Positions 34,863 to 43,225 of a DNA stretch of 43,225 nucleotides are shown here, piece after piece. The translations under genes and the position numbers were made by a program. The stretch comes from an uncultured Pseudomonadales bacterium (GTDB lineage: Bacteria > Patescibacteriota > Microgenomatia > UBA1400 > CG1-02-47-37). The notes beneath the pieces are model-generated. The model was given only the letters and a program-made list of their open reading frames with translations. It ran no database searches and was not told the origin of the DNA. Location: positions 1 to 43,225 of the forward strand of contig CAZVYS010000005.1 of NCBI GenBank assembly GCA_964630755.1, given 5' to 3'. Every line of letters starts with the position of its first letter. Position 1 is the stretch's first letter.

Positions 34863-34946
34863 TGCCAGAGGTGGGAATCGAACCCACACGGGATAAATCC
34901 CACACGATTTTGAGTCGTGCTTGTCTACCAGTTTCAACACTCTGGC
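34863..34946 (-). tRNA. tRNA-Leu(CAA)
   Basis: Acceptor GCCAGAG/CTCTGGC-A, anticodon arm CACGA-CTCAAAA-TCGTG, long variable arm, GGTTCGATTCC; CCA not encoded. Confidence 0.96.
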
Positions 34947-34969
34947 CCGCCTGACGATATCAGTCGAGG
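34947..34969. repeat. GC-rich palindromic element (family A) abutting the tRNA 5' end
   Basis: CCGCCTGACGATATCAGTCGAGG. Confidence 0.55.
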
Positions 34970-35001
34970 TAAGCTTGACAGTTTCTGTATAATTCTACCA
35001 T

Positions 35002-35559
35002 ATGATCAACGTTAATCAGTTAAGAAATGGCCAAACGTTTGAAGAAGATGGTGTGCCTTTTTTGGTTTTAAGGTATGAGTTTACTAAGATGGGGAGGGGA
35101 ACTGGTAATGTAAAGGTCAAGGTTCGTAACCTTGAGTCAGGAGCAGTAACTACAAAAACATATATTACAGGCAATAAGGTTCAGGATATAAAGCTTAATA
35201 AAAAAAAGATGCAGTATCTTTATCAAGATGCAGATAATTGTATGTTTATGGATCCAGTAAGTTTTGAGCAAGTAGAAATTGCTGTCAGTATCTTAGGTGA
35301 CCAAGTGAGGTTTTTAGTCGATGGGATGAAAGTTGATGTTTTGTATTGGGAGGAAAAACCACTAGCTGTTGATTTACCGGTTAAGATGGTGTTTGAAGTC
35401 AAAGAAACAGATCCAGGCGAAAAAGGTAATAGTGCAGCTAAAGTAACCAAACCTGCTGAGTTAGTTAATGGATTAAAGGTGAGAGTGCCTTTGTTTATCA
35501 ATCCTAAAGATAAAGTTAGAGTTGATACTAGAACTGGGGAGTACGTAGAGCGAGCGTAA
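35002..35559 (+). CDS. efp: elongation factor P
   Basis: KMGRG loop, MQYLY.D, FMD..FEQ, TDPGEKGNSA, VPLFI, VDTRTGEYVERA. Confidence 0.97.
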   Translation: MINVNQLRNGQTFEEDGVPFLVLRYEFTKMGRGTGNVKVKVRNLESGAVTTKTYITGNKVQDIKLNKKKMQYLYQDADNCMFMDPVSFEQVEIAVSILGDQVRFLVDGMKVDVLYWEEKPLAVDLPVKMVFEVKETDPGEKGNSAAKVTKPAELVNGLKVRVPLFINPKDKVRVDTRTGEYVERA

Positions 35560-35977
35560 CTATTAGGATTACGGCGAGGATTTGTAATATTAATCCCCAA
35601 GGAAGATTGAGTTTATTGTGGTGAAAGCTTTGAAATTCTTTTATATTTGAAAAAGGGAAAAAATTCCAGTCAAAGATATGATAAGGACCTTCGAGCCAGT
35701 CAGGTAGTTGTGCCATAAACATCATGGAAAACAAATACCAGCTTGGGACAGAAGACTTAAAAAACAAGTAACCAGCCAAAAAACCAATAAAAGCATCAGA
35801 TAATGAAAGGAAAATAATTTTAAGCTTTGATCTTTTAACCTTTCGGGTACTAAAATCCCAATGAGGAAAGTAATCAGCAGCTACGTGAGATACTAAACTT
35901 AATGGGTAACCGATGTAAGGGTTAGGAATTAATTTGGCTAGAGAAGCACCGATTAGAGCATGTGAGGCATCAAGCAT
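35528..35977 (-). CDS. small membrane protein, possible metal-dependent hydrolase
   Basis: SHALIGA, SHVAADYFPHWD, LPD and HH motifs. Confidence 0.65.
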   Translation of the reverse strand: MLDASHALIGASLAKLIPNPYIGYPLSLVSHVAADYFPHWDFSTRKVKRSKLKIIFLSLSDAFIGFLAGYLFFKSSVPSWYLFSMMFMAQLPDWLEGPYHIFDWNFFPFSNIKEFQSFHHNKLNLPWGLILQILAVILIVTLALRTPQF

Positions 35978-36003
35978 GAAATATATTGTATACTAATAAC
36001 ATT

Positions 36004-36885
36004 ATGTGGCCAACATTAGTTTCGATCGGACCATTAGCGATTCAGTCGTTTGGATTTGTTTTAGCAGCTTCTGTTTTTTTTGGTGGTTTTGTGTGGTGGC
36101 AAAAGGGGAGGGAAGAGGGTTTTGACGAAGAAGAGTTAATGGATATTTGGTTATTAGCTGGTGTACTGGGATTGGTTTTTGGGAGAGGGTGGTATATTTT
36201 AGCCAACTGGGATTTTTTTAGTGGTAGTTTCTATAAGATGATGTTTTTGACTAAATATCCAGGATTAGCTTACGAAGGAGTTTGGATTGGAGCAGTTTTG
36301 ATGATTCTTATTCAGGTAATTAAGAAAAAATGGAACTTTTTTAAGTTAGCAGAAACTGGTTTATTTGCTTTTTTAATTGTTGAGATGTTTGGCTGGTTGG
36401 GGAGTTTTTTGGCTGGTTCAAGTATTGGGAAAATGACTACTTGGTGGTGGGGGATAAAATTTCCCGGAGTAGATGGAAAAAGAATACCAGTTCAACTGTT
36501 TTTTATAGTTTCAATAGGATTATTGTTTAAAATAATAAAAAGTTGGGAAAAGGAGTATCGAAGCTTTAAATGGTACAAATCTGAAAAAGGAGAAGCTAAG
36601 TCAGGATTTTTGGTAGCTTGTTATTTGATAGGGCTAGGATTATTAACATTGTTATTAGGATTTTTTCAGCAGTTACCCAATATTCTATGGATTTTTAGTT
36701 CAAGACAATTATTTGGAATAGCAATGTTTTTATCAGGTAGTTTGTTGCTGCTTGAGAGATCAGGCATAACAATTAAAAAAGCTAGAAAGCAAGAACCTAA
36801 AAAGCCAGTAGTTAGTAAAATAGAAAGAAACAAAAAAGTTAAATTAACTAAAAAGCGAAGAAAGAAAGGCTTTGACTTTAAATAA
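36004..36885 (+). CDS. lgt: divergent prolipoprotein diacylglyceryl transferase-like protein
   Basis: MWPTLVSIGPLAIQSFG, GR..YI, G.FL.G...GK.T..WWGI.FP...R.P.QL; probable start ATG 36004. Confidence 0.72.
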   Translation: MWPTLVSIGPLAIQSFGFVLAASVFFGGFVWWQKGREEGFDEEELMDIWLLAGVLGLVFGRGWYILANWDFFSGSFYKMMFLTKYPGLAYEGVWIGAVLMILIQVIKKKWNFFKLAETGLFAFLIVEMFGWLGSFLAGSSIGKMTTWWWGIKFPGVDGKRIPVQLFFIVSIGLLFKIIKSWEKEYRSFKWYKSEKGEAKSGFLVACYLIGLGLLTLLLGFFQQLPNILWIFSSRQLFGIAMFLSGSLLLLERSGITIKKARKQEPKKPVVSKIERNKKVKLTKKRRKKGFDFK

Positions 36886-36896
36886 GGAGGTATAAG

Positions 36897-37262
36897 ATGC
36901 CTATAAAATTTCCATTAAAAGTTCTATTACCAGTTAGAAAGCATTTAAAAGCAGAAGAAAAAAAACTAAAGAAAAGAAAACAAGCCCTTGAAAAAGAAGA
37001 TCCATTTAACGATGTAGATAGAGTAAATGACAATGCTGCTATTGATACTGATGCGGCTGAAGAAGCCGGGCATGATAGAATTACAGCCTTAAAGCAAGAA
37101 ATAGATAAAACCTTGATAAATATTAGAAAGACATTAACTAAGATTAAACTAGGCAAATTTGGATTGTGTGATGATTGCAAAAAATTAATCAATACTGATA
37201 GATTAGCAATAGATCCAACAGTAAGTCAGTGTATTAAGTGCGTTAAGAAACAAAAAAAATAA
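36897..37262 (+). CDS. TraR/DksA C4-type zinc finger protein
   Basis: Coiled coil with acidic tip; G.FGLCDDC...I..DRL...P....CIKC. Confidence 0.88.
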   Translation: MPIKFPLKVLLPVRKHLKAEEKKLKKRKQALEKEDPFNDVDRVNDNAAIDTDAAEEAGHDRITALKQEIDKTLINIRKTLTKIKLGKFGLCDDCKKLINTDRLAIDPTVSQCIKCVKKQKK

Positions 37263-37264
37263 TT

Positions 37265-37966
37265 GTGTTTTTAAATATTAAGATAATTTACGAAGACGAG
37301 CAGTTGTTGGTGATTAATAAGCCAGCTGGGATGATAGTTAATCAGTCAGCTACAACTAAAGATAAAAAAACCATTCAGGATTGGTTAGTAGAAAAAGGCA
37401 TAGGTCTAGAAACAGAAAGAAATGGAATTGTTCATCGATTAGATAAGGGTACAAGCGGTTTGTTGATAATTGCAAAAGACAACAAGAGTTTAAAAACTAT
37501 TCAGTCTCAGTTTAAGAATAGATTAGTAAAAAAAGAATATCTAGCCTTAGTGCATGGGAGATTAGAACCAGCCAAAGGAAGTATAAAAGCTCCGATCACT
37601 CGCAATCCGTTTAATCCTCAAAGGTTTGGAGTGTTTGTGGGAGGGAAAAAAGCAGAAACTGAATATGAGCTACAAAAGGTTTATCAAAGAAATAATCAAA
37701 CTTATAGCTTAGTTAAGCTTAAGCCAGTTACTGGTAGAACTCATCAACTAAGAGTTCATTTAAAGCACCTTGGTTATCCAATTGTGACCGATGAATGGTA
37801 TGGAGGAAGAAAAAAATACAAACAAGATTTGAATTGGTGCAGTAGACTATTTTTAGTAGCTGTGAAGATCGAGTTTAAAAATCCAAAAACAGGTAAGCAG
37901 ATTAGCCTTGAGGTAAAGTTAGACCAAGAGTTGAAAATAGTGCTCGATAGTTTAGAAAAGGATTGA
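37265..37966 (+). CDS. RluA-family pseudouridine synthase
   Basis: NKPAG, VHRLDKGTSG, K.Y.ALV.G, TGRTHQLRVH. Confidence 0.94.
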   Translation: MFLNIKIIYEDEQLLVINKPAGMIVNQSATTKDKKTIQDWLVEKGIGLETERNGIVHRLDKGTSGLLIIAKDNKSLKTIQSQFKNRLVKKEYLALVHGRLEPAKGSIKAPITRNPFNPQRFGVFVGGKKAETEYELQKVYQRNNQTYSLVKLKPVTGRTHQLRVHLKHLGYPIVTDEWYGGRKKYKQDLNWCSRLFLVAVKIEFKNPKTGKQISLEVKLDQELKIVLDSLEKD

Positions 37967-38052
37967 TGTTTGGCTCTAAACAAAATTGAGAATTTGGTTA
38001 GCAGTGGGAAATAAAGAAAAAATAATTTATTTATGATATAGTTTGATACATT

Positions 38053-38958
38053 ATGATAAGAAGTAAAAAAACACCAAGGTGGAAAAAGGAACAAAAGAAA
38101 AGAAAAAAACAACTTAACAGGGCACAGATGGCTTTGGGAATAGGATTTTTAGTTTTCTTAATCAGTTTAGTGGGAATAAACTATTTATGGCAAAAAGCAA
38201 AAAATAGTATTTGGAACGGGAAATCAAGACTGGCAGTAGTGATAGTAAATAATGACTTGCTTAAGGTAGATGTGGCTGTACCAAATCAAAAGACAATATT
38301 AAGCTTTAAGCTTAAAGATAATGTACTAGTTAAAGTCCCGTTTGAGTTTGGAAATTATCAACTAGGAAAAGTGTTTGAACTAGGAAAGCTTGAGGATCAA
38401 GGAGGTTTTTTGTTAACTAGAACGAGTCAAGATTTTTTGGGGTTGGGGATCAAAGGTTATCAAGTTGGAAGGTTTACTAACCTTAGTTGGTTAGATAAAT
38501 TAAGATGGTGGTGGTTTGATAAAATGATCTCAGATCAGACAACTAAAATTAACTTAGTTGAAGAAGCTAGTTTTAGTACTGAAGCTCAAGTTGATGGCTC
38601 AGTGGTTTATCTTGGCAGTCAAATATTAATCGATGATTTAGTTAATGAGTATTTATTTGATGAGGAAATTGTAAATGAAGGGTTAGGAATAGCAGTGATA
38701 AATATAAGTGGGAAAGCTGGAGTGGCTCAAACTGCTTCTAGGATCATTAGTAATTTAGGTGGGGAAATTAGAATGCTTGATAATGGTGATCTAAATGAGA
38801 AATCTAGTATTTTGGTCTCTGAAAAAAAGTGGCTAAATAGCAAGACAGTCGAGAAGCTTGCTAGGGATTTTAATATTACAAAGTTAGCGATAGGTGATAC
38901 TAGTGAATTTAGGGCAGAAATTGTGCTAAAGATTGCCAAGGATTATCTTAAGTTTTAA
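38053..38958 (+). CDS. membrane protein with LytR C-terminal-like domain
   Basis: N-terminal TM; IAVINISGKAGVA...G...N...IVLKIAKDY. Confidence 0.68.
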   Translation: MIRSKKTPRWKKEQKKRKKQLNRAQMALGIGFLVFLISLVGINYLWQKAKNSIWNGKSRLAVVIVNNDLLKVDVAVPNQKTILSFKLKDNVLVKVPFEFGNYQLGKVFELGKLEDQGGFLLTRTSQDFLGLGIKGYQVGRFTNLSWLDKLRWWWFDKMISDQTTKINLVEEASFSTEAQVDGSVVYLGSQILIDDLVNEYLFDEEIVNEGLGIAVINISGKAGVAQTASRIISNLGGEIRMLDNGDLNEKSSILVSEKKWLNSKTVEKLARDFNITKLAIGDTSEFRAEIVLKIAKDYLKF

Positions 38959-38995
38959 AAAGGAGTATAATTATTCTATCAGGAAGATTTGTTTT

Positions 38996-39712
38996 ATGTC
39001 AGGTCATTCTAAGTGGTCAACCATCAAGCATAAAAAAGCAGTTGAAGATCAAAAAAGAGGAAAAATTTTTACTAAGCTTGGAAAAGCGATTAGTTTAGCG
39101 GCACGTGATGGTGGAGATGATCTTAGTAGCAATTTTAAGTTAAGGCTAGCAGTTGATAAGGCAAAGCAGCTGAATATGCCAAAAGATAATATAAAAAGAG
39201 CTATAGAAAAAGGAGCGGGAACTGCAAAAGGAGCTAGTTTGAATGAAGTTACTTATGAAGGTTATGGTCCAGGAAAGGTAGCAATAATTATTGAGGTAGT
39301 AACGGATAATAAAAATAGATCAGCGGCAGAGCTTAAGTCATTTTTTGATAAGAATGGGGGATCAATGGGTAAGCCTGGTTCGGTTAGTTTTTTATTTGAT
39401 CGGTTAGGGTTAATAGTAGTTAAGAAAACGGATCAAATAGACGACCAAATATTAAAACTAATTGATTTAGGTATTGAAGAAGTAGAAGAAAAGAGTGAGG
39501 GGATTGAGATTCTAGTTGAAGCTAATAAGTTGTCAGAAGTGAGAGCACAGATGGAAAAAGAAAAGCTTGAAGTGATCAGGGCTGAATTAACTTATGTTCC
39601 AAAGGTAAAAATCAAGACGAGTGAAGATCAAGTTAAGAAAGCAACTAAGTTTTTAAATTTATTGAACGATTTTGACGATGTTTTAAATATTTATACCAAT
39701 CTAGATGTTTAA
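38996..39712 (+). CDS. yebC: YebC/PmpR family protein
   Basis: MSGHSKWSTIKHKK, N.KLR.A...AK..NMPKDNI.RAI, YEGYGP, TDNKNR. Confidence 0.95.
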   Translation: MSGHSKWSTIKHKKAVEDQKRGKIFTKLGKAISLAARDGGDDLSSNFKLRLAVDKAKQLNMPKDNIKRAIEKGAGTAKGASLNEVTYEGYGPGKVAIIIEVVTDNKNRSAAELKSFFDKNGGSMGKPGSVSFLFDRLGLIVVKKTDQIDDQILKLIDLGIEEVEEKSEGIEILVEANKLSEVRAQMEKEKLEVIRAELTYVPKVKIKTSEDQVKKATKFLNLLNDFDDVLNIYTNLDV

Positions 39713-40478
39713 GCTAACAAAAAGAACTAAAATGTCAATTACAGCATTAGTGTTGTGTTTTGGTTTAGTTGGGGTGCAGTTAGTTGACATTGAAGCTAGA
39801 TATCAAGCAATCGGTATATTGGCTGGAGTGGCCTATGGTTTATCGGCTTGGTCGTTGTTTGAGGATTTAAAAGGAATTGAGTGGCTAACTTGTTTAATAT
39901 TGCCGGTTCTGTACCCTGTTTCAGTGGCGCTGTTTTATTTTTTGTTGCCAGAAAGATTGTTGAGTAGAGTAATAATTCTTTCGATATTTGGTGTTGGTAT
40001 GTATGCTTTGCTGTTAACGGAGAATATTTTTAATGTAGCTAGTATTCGAACAATTCAGTTACTTAGGGCAGCTCATGCAGTTGGATTTCTGTTAACTCTA
40101 TTTGTGGCTTTTTTCCTTTGGGATACTATTTTTTCGTTTAAGCTGTCAGCTCAATGGAATGCTATTTTTGTGTTAATTACTAGTTGGCTTTTGAGTATTC
40201 AAGCTTTGTGGAGTGTTAATCTTGAGGAAAAATTAACTAGAAGAGTATGGCAAAATTCACTGGCTATTAGTTGGGGATTAACAGCTTTAAGCTTGGCAAT
40301 TAGTTATTGGCCAGTAACTATCACTATTGCTTCTTTGTTTTTAGTGACCGGATTATATGTTAGTCTCGGGTTAGTGCAAAACAACTTATCAGGTCGGTTA
40401 TTTAATAAGACTATTAAGGAATATTTGTGGGTTGGCGTGGCTGTATTTGTAATTGTTTTTTTACTAGCTAGTTGGTAA
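39705..40478 (+). CDS. hypothetical multi-pass membrane protein
   Basis: About 9 TM segments; ENIFNVASIRTIQLLRAA; overlaps the yebC stop. Confidence 0.75.
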   Translation: MFKLTKRTKMSITALVLCFGLVGVQLVDIEARYQAIGILAGVAYGLSAWSLFEDLKGIEWLTCLILPVLYPVSVALFYFLLPERLLSRVIILSIFGVGMYALLLTENIFNVASIRTIQLLRAAHAVGFLLTLFVAFFLWDTIFSFKLSAQWNAIFVLITSWLLSIQALWSVNLEEKLTRRVWQNSLAISWGLTALSLAISYWPVTITIASLFLVTGLYVSLGLVQNNLSGRLFNKTIKEYLWVGVAVFVIVFLLASW

Positions 40479-40716
40479 TAAAAAAAAGAATAGCAGTCAA
40501 AGAAGGGGAGTAGTATTTTCTTTTTACAAAAGATAATAGTCCTATAGTATCTAAGTCCTATAATAAAATGACCTTTTTTCACGAAATGCCCAGTTTCTTT
40601 TCACAAAATAGCTTTTTAATAGCTCATTTTTAAGAAGTCAACCTCTGTTATTTTCTCCATTAGGTTGTGATATCAATCTTTCTTTATTGTATAGTTTGAT
40701 ATAGTTACGTAATTGA

Positions 40717-40725
40717 TGTGGATAA
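40717..40725 (-). promoter_or_regulatory. DnaA box
   Basis: TGTGGATAA, the reverse complement of TTATCCACA. Confidence 0.5.
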
Positions 40726-40892
40726 CTACTAGAGAGTAGAGGTAGGGCTTAGCTGTTTTGAAATGATTAGCAGAAATCAATTAGGTCTTTGGGTTTCAGG
40801 AGAGGATAAAGTAACTTACTTAAGTAAAGATACTCCCTCTCAGAGAGTGGTGTACTAAATAAGTAGTTAGGGGTTTGTTTCGGGTATGCATT

Positions 40893-40920
40893 ATGTCGCA
40901 CAATGTATCTTTTGCGACTA
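40893..40920. other. candidate dif-like tyrosine-recombinase site
   Basis: ATGTCGCACAA-TGTATC-TTTTGCGACTA, 11-6-11 layout with inverted arms; 1.6 kb from a xer gene. Confidence 0.55.
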
Positions 40921-41280
40921 AGACTCTATGGCCAAGGGAAGGGGTTGTTTTTGATATATTTAATAAATATATGGCGGCTTTGAAAATAAAAAATAAAATT
41001 ATTGTGGCAATTTAAGCAAAACTGCCCTACTTGTAGAGTTTGTTAGTTTTTTCTATTTCCGAATATCTTACGAAACTATCATACCAGTCCCCAATCTAAC
41101 AAAAGAAATCAAAAGCTTGCGGAGATTTAATTACCTATTAGAATTTAGTGGTTTTCGTTGCAAACCGATCAAATTAGGGTAATTGCTAAGTAATCAGTAA
41201 AAACTGGAATAGCTGAATATACTAATATAAAGAAACCTTTATTAGAAAGCCTCTAGGCGCGTTTTCTTGAGGTAAAATGG

Positions 41281-41922
41281 TTATATTTGGCCTTTAAATT
41301 CAGCTAAATATTGATTTACAAAGGTTTTTAAGAACTTGGTTCGTGGCTTTGAGAGTTTTTTGGCGGTTTTGGTGTTTAAGATTTTTGGAATATGTAAAAG
41401 CTTTTCAAAAATGTGATTAATGGCTGTAGTGCTTTTACCAGTTTTTAAGTATTGAGAGTGATTGGGTTTTAGCTTTGGGTGGAAGATGGGCATGTTGGTG
41501 GCGCCAGCGTGAGCGAAGATGCGAGTGATAATAGTGGCTCCTAAAGCGTCTAAGTTATCAGCATCCTGAATGATTTTTTCTTCGATAGTGGTTGGTTTTG
41601 ATTTAGTAGTGTAGCGATGTTTAAGTATGCAGTTACAAACTGATTGAATAGTATTTTTCGGAACATTTAACTTGGTTAAGATTTTTTTGGCGGTTTTGGA
41701 GCCATTTAGGTGATGGTTTTTACGGCTTCTAGGAACTTCGATGTCATGTAGCCAGGCGGCTAACTCTAAGACTTTTGGATTTCCCCCTTCGATTTTAGCA
41801 AGTTTTAAGGCGAGATTAGCCACTCGATAAGCATGCCAGTAGTCGTGTCCAGTTGACTCGTTACTTAGTTTTCTTCTGACAATTTGCTTGACTTTTGTAA
41901 TAGTAGCTGAGTGAGAAGGCAT
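41281..41922 (-). CDS. HD-domain phosphohydrolase
   Basis: GHDYWHAYRV, AAWLHD, HRY, IQDADNLDALGA..I.R; probable start ATG 41922 with TAAAAT 7 nt upstream. Confidence 0.88.
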   Translation of the reverse strand: MPSHSATITKVKQIVRRKLSNESTGHDYWHAYRVANLALKLAKIEGGNPKVLELAAWLHDIEVPRSRKNHHLNGSKTAKKILTKLNVPKNTIQSVCNCILKHRYTTKSKPTTIEEKIIQDADNLDALGATIITRIFAHAGATNMPIFHPKLKPNHSQYLKTGKSTTAINHIFEKLLHIPKILNTKTAKKLSKPRTKFLKTFVNQYLAEFKGQI

Positions 41923-42393
41923 TAAAGGTATTTTAACTGATTTCCGAAGAATATGCAAAGAAATGGATAGTTTCTTGAGGTTAGCTGAGGAAATTAATGA
42001 TAGGTTTGTATAGGTCATAATAGATCAAAGTGGATCATAGTTCTTGTTAAGAAATTTGCTTTAGATCCCCTAGTTAAGTTGAGTAGAAATCTTAGTAAGG
42101 TAGTAATATATGAATGAAACGAACACAAAAGTGAGCAGATTAAGATTTTTTAAAGAAAATTTTAAAAAAAGGAAATTGTGGTTAAAAAAGTTAAAAATTA
42201 ATTAGTTAATTTTTAATATAGTTTATTTTTTAAGTTTTTATGTCGCACAATATTGCAATGATAATTAAAATTTGATACTATGAAATTAGTTAAAAATTTA
42301 ACATGTTAACAATTATTGGTTGTTAATTAGTCCCCTGCTTTTTAATAAATGGAGAGAACAAGGTTGATTAAAAACAAGCCAAAGTTGATTATT

Positions 42394-42476
42394 TTATCCA
42401 CAAACTTGGCCTGTAGTATTGCATTCTATGATATCAAAAAGGGTTGATATATCAACTAAATGCCAAGTTATCCACA
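42394..42476 (+). promoter_or_regulatory. two perfect DnaA boxes around a 14-bp palindrome upstream of xer
   Basis: TTATCCACA at 42394 and 42468; GTTGATATATCAAC at 42443-42456. Confidence 0.6.
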
Positions 42477-42494
42477 TATTAGCAAAACATAGAT

Positions 42495-43225
42495 ATGACT
42501 GCTAAGCAAAAAACACCAACAAATAGCGAAAAAGAGCTAGTTAGATTGATTGAAGATTATTTGGAGTATTTGGAGATCGAAAGAAATTGTTCGCCATTAA
42601 CTAGAAGAAACTATAAACATTATTTACTGAGGTTTGAGGCTTTTATTACTGATTTTACTAGAAAATTTAAGATAGAAAACTTGAAGTTAGAACAAGTTAC
42701 AAAGTATAGAGTTTTTTTAGCTAGATACTTAACTAACAGAGGTGAGCCTTTGTCTAGAGCCACGCAGAGTTATCATGTGATTGCTTTAAGGTCCTTTTTA
42801 AAGTTTTTGATTAAAAGAGATGTTAAAACACTGGCTCCTGAGAAGATAGAGTTGCCTAAAACTGAGTCAAAATCCTTAAAATTCTTGAGCAGCGAACAAG
42901 TAGAAAGGTTGTTAAGTTCGCCAGGGATGTCTACTATAAGCCAGTTAAGAGATAAAGTGATATTAGAAGTGCTTTTTTCAACAGGTTTAAGAGTTTCTGA
43001 AATGACCAAGCTTAATCGAGACGAGATAGATCTAGATAGAAGAGAATTTGGAGTGATTGGTAAAGGAGGTCGGCCAAGGGTAGTTTTTTTAAGTAAAAGA
43101 GCCTGTAAATGGATAAAAACGTACCTAGATAACAGACAAGATGATTGGCGGCCAGTTTTAGTTAGATTTAAAGGTAAAGTGGATGAAGCTAGCCAGGGTG
43201 AGAAAATGCGGCTTAGTCCCCGATC
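42495..43225 (+). CDS. XerC/XerD-type tyrosine recombinase, truncated by the window end and absent from the ORF track
   Basis: Manual translation: MTAKQK...YLEYLEIERNCSPLTRRNY...ALRSFLKFL...RDKVILEVLFSTGLRVSE...GKGGRPRVVF. Confidence 0.93.
   Translation, partial: MTAKQKTPTNSEKELVRLIEDYLEYLEIERNCSPLTRRNYKHYLLRFEAFITDFTRKFKIENLKLEQVTKYRVFLARYLTNRGEPLSRATQSYHVIALRSFLKFLIKRDVKTLAPEKIELPKTESKSLKFLSSEQVERLLSSPGMSTISQLRDKVILEVLFSTGLRVSEMTKLNRDEIDLDRREFGVIGKGGRPRVVFLSKRACKWIKTYLDNRQDDWRPVLVRFKGKVDEASQGEKMRLSPR

Noticed and set aside
25343-40943. KOPS-like GGGNAGGG octamers on the + strand
   Set aside because: Few occurrences, explainable by G skew; one lies just beyond the dif-like site in the unexpected orientation.
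41923-42018. Longer start for the HD gene (likewise ychF 18873, lgt 35986 and yebC 38933)
   Set aside because: Family-like sequence begins at downstream ATGs, most of which have a -10 box just upstream.
42140-42494. Replication origin oriC
   Set aside because: No dnaA/dnaN nearby, and DNA to the left looks G-rich on the + strand, the opposite of what an origin here predicts; not called without a computed skew.
8-43009. Remaining short ORFs overlapping recognised genes (e.g. 730-978, 8256-8579, 14753-15055, 18327-18707, 26497-26868, 35223-35600, 36878-37192, 37774-38112, 40304-40582, 42773-43009)
   Set aside because: Antisense shadows of well-supported genes with no recognisable motifs.
42495-43225. 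Prophage or genomic-island integrase
   Set aside because: Sequence is XerC/D-like, with no phage genes, att repeats or adjacent tRNA visible; the downstream context is outside the window.

Overview
AT-rich bacterial chromosomal segment. Gene content and style (compact genes, short RF1 and YbeY, divergent Lgt, PaaX-like regulator, many apparently leaderless genes) suggest a Patescibacteria/CPR genome of the Microgenomates type; this assignment is inferred. Most of the window is housekeeping: ybeY, dnaX, ybaB, recR, cysS, ppsA, ychF, rpsF-ssb-rpsR, an S41 protease, rplI, an HtrA protease, prfA, rpmE, hisS, dnaB, tRNA-Leu(CAA), efp, lgt-like, dksA-like, rluA-like, yebC and a truncated xerC/D-type recombinase. 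Five accessory elements stand out. (1) A WxL/DUF916 (csc-like) cell-surface cluster at 4.1-9.6 kb with a long terminator-containing leader. (2) A PaaX/Cas2-fold gene bracketed by two identical 33-bp repeats, each with a perfect 22-bp palindrome. (3) A TrpR-like (HisR/YerC) regulator, operator and His-His leader-peptide attenuator in front of a sarcosine-oxidase-like flavoprotein rather than his biosynthesis genes, in a block bracketed by identical REP-like palindromes and upstream of hisS. (4) A family of short GC-rich palindromic elements, at least one apparently inserted in-frame in a gene. (5) A symmetric dif-like site and DnaA boxes near the xer gene. No CRISPR array, rRNA or transposase was seen.
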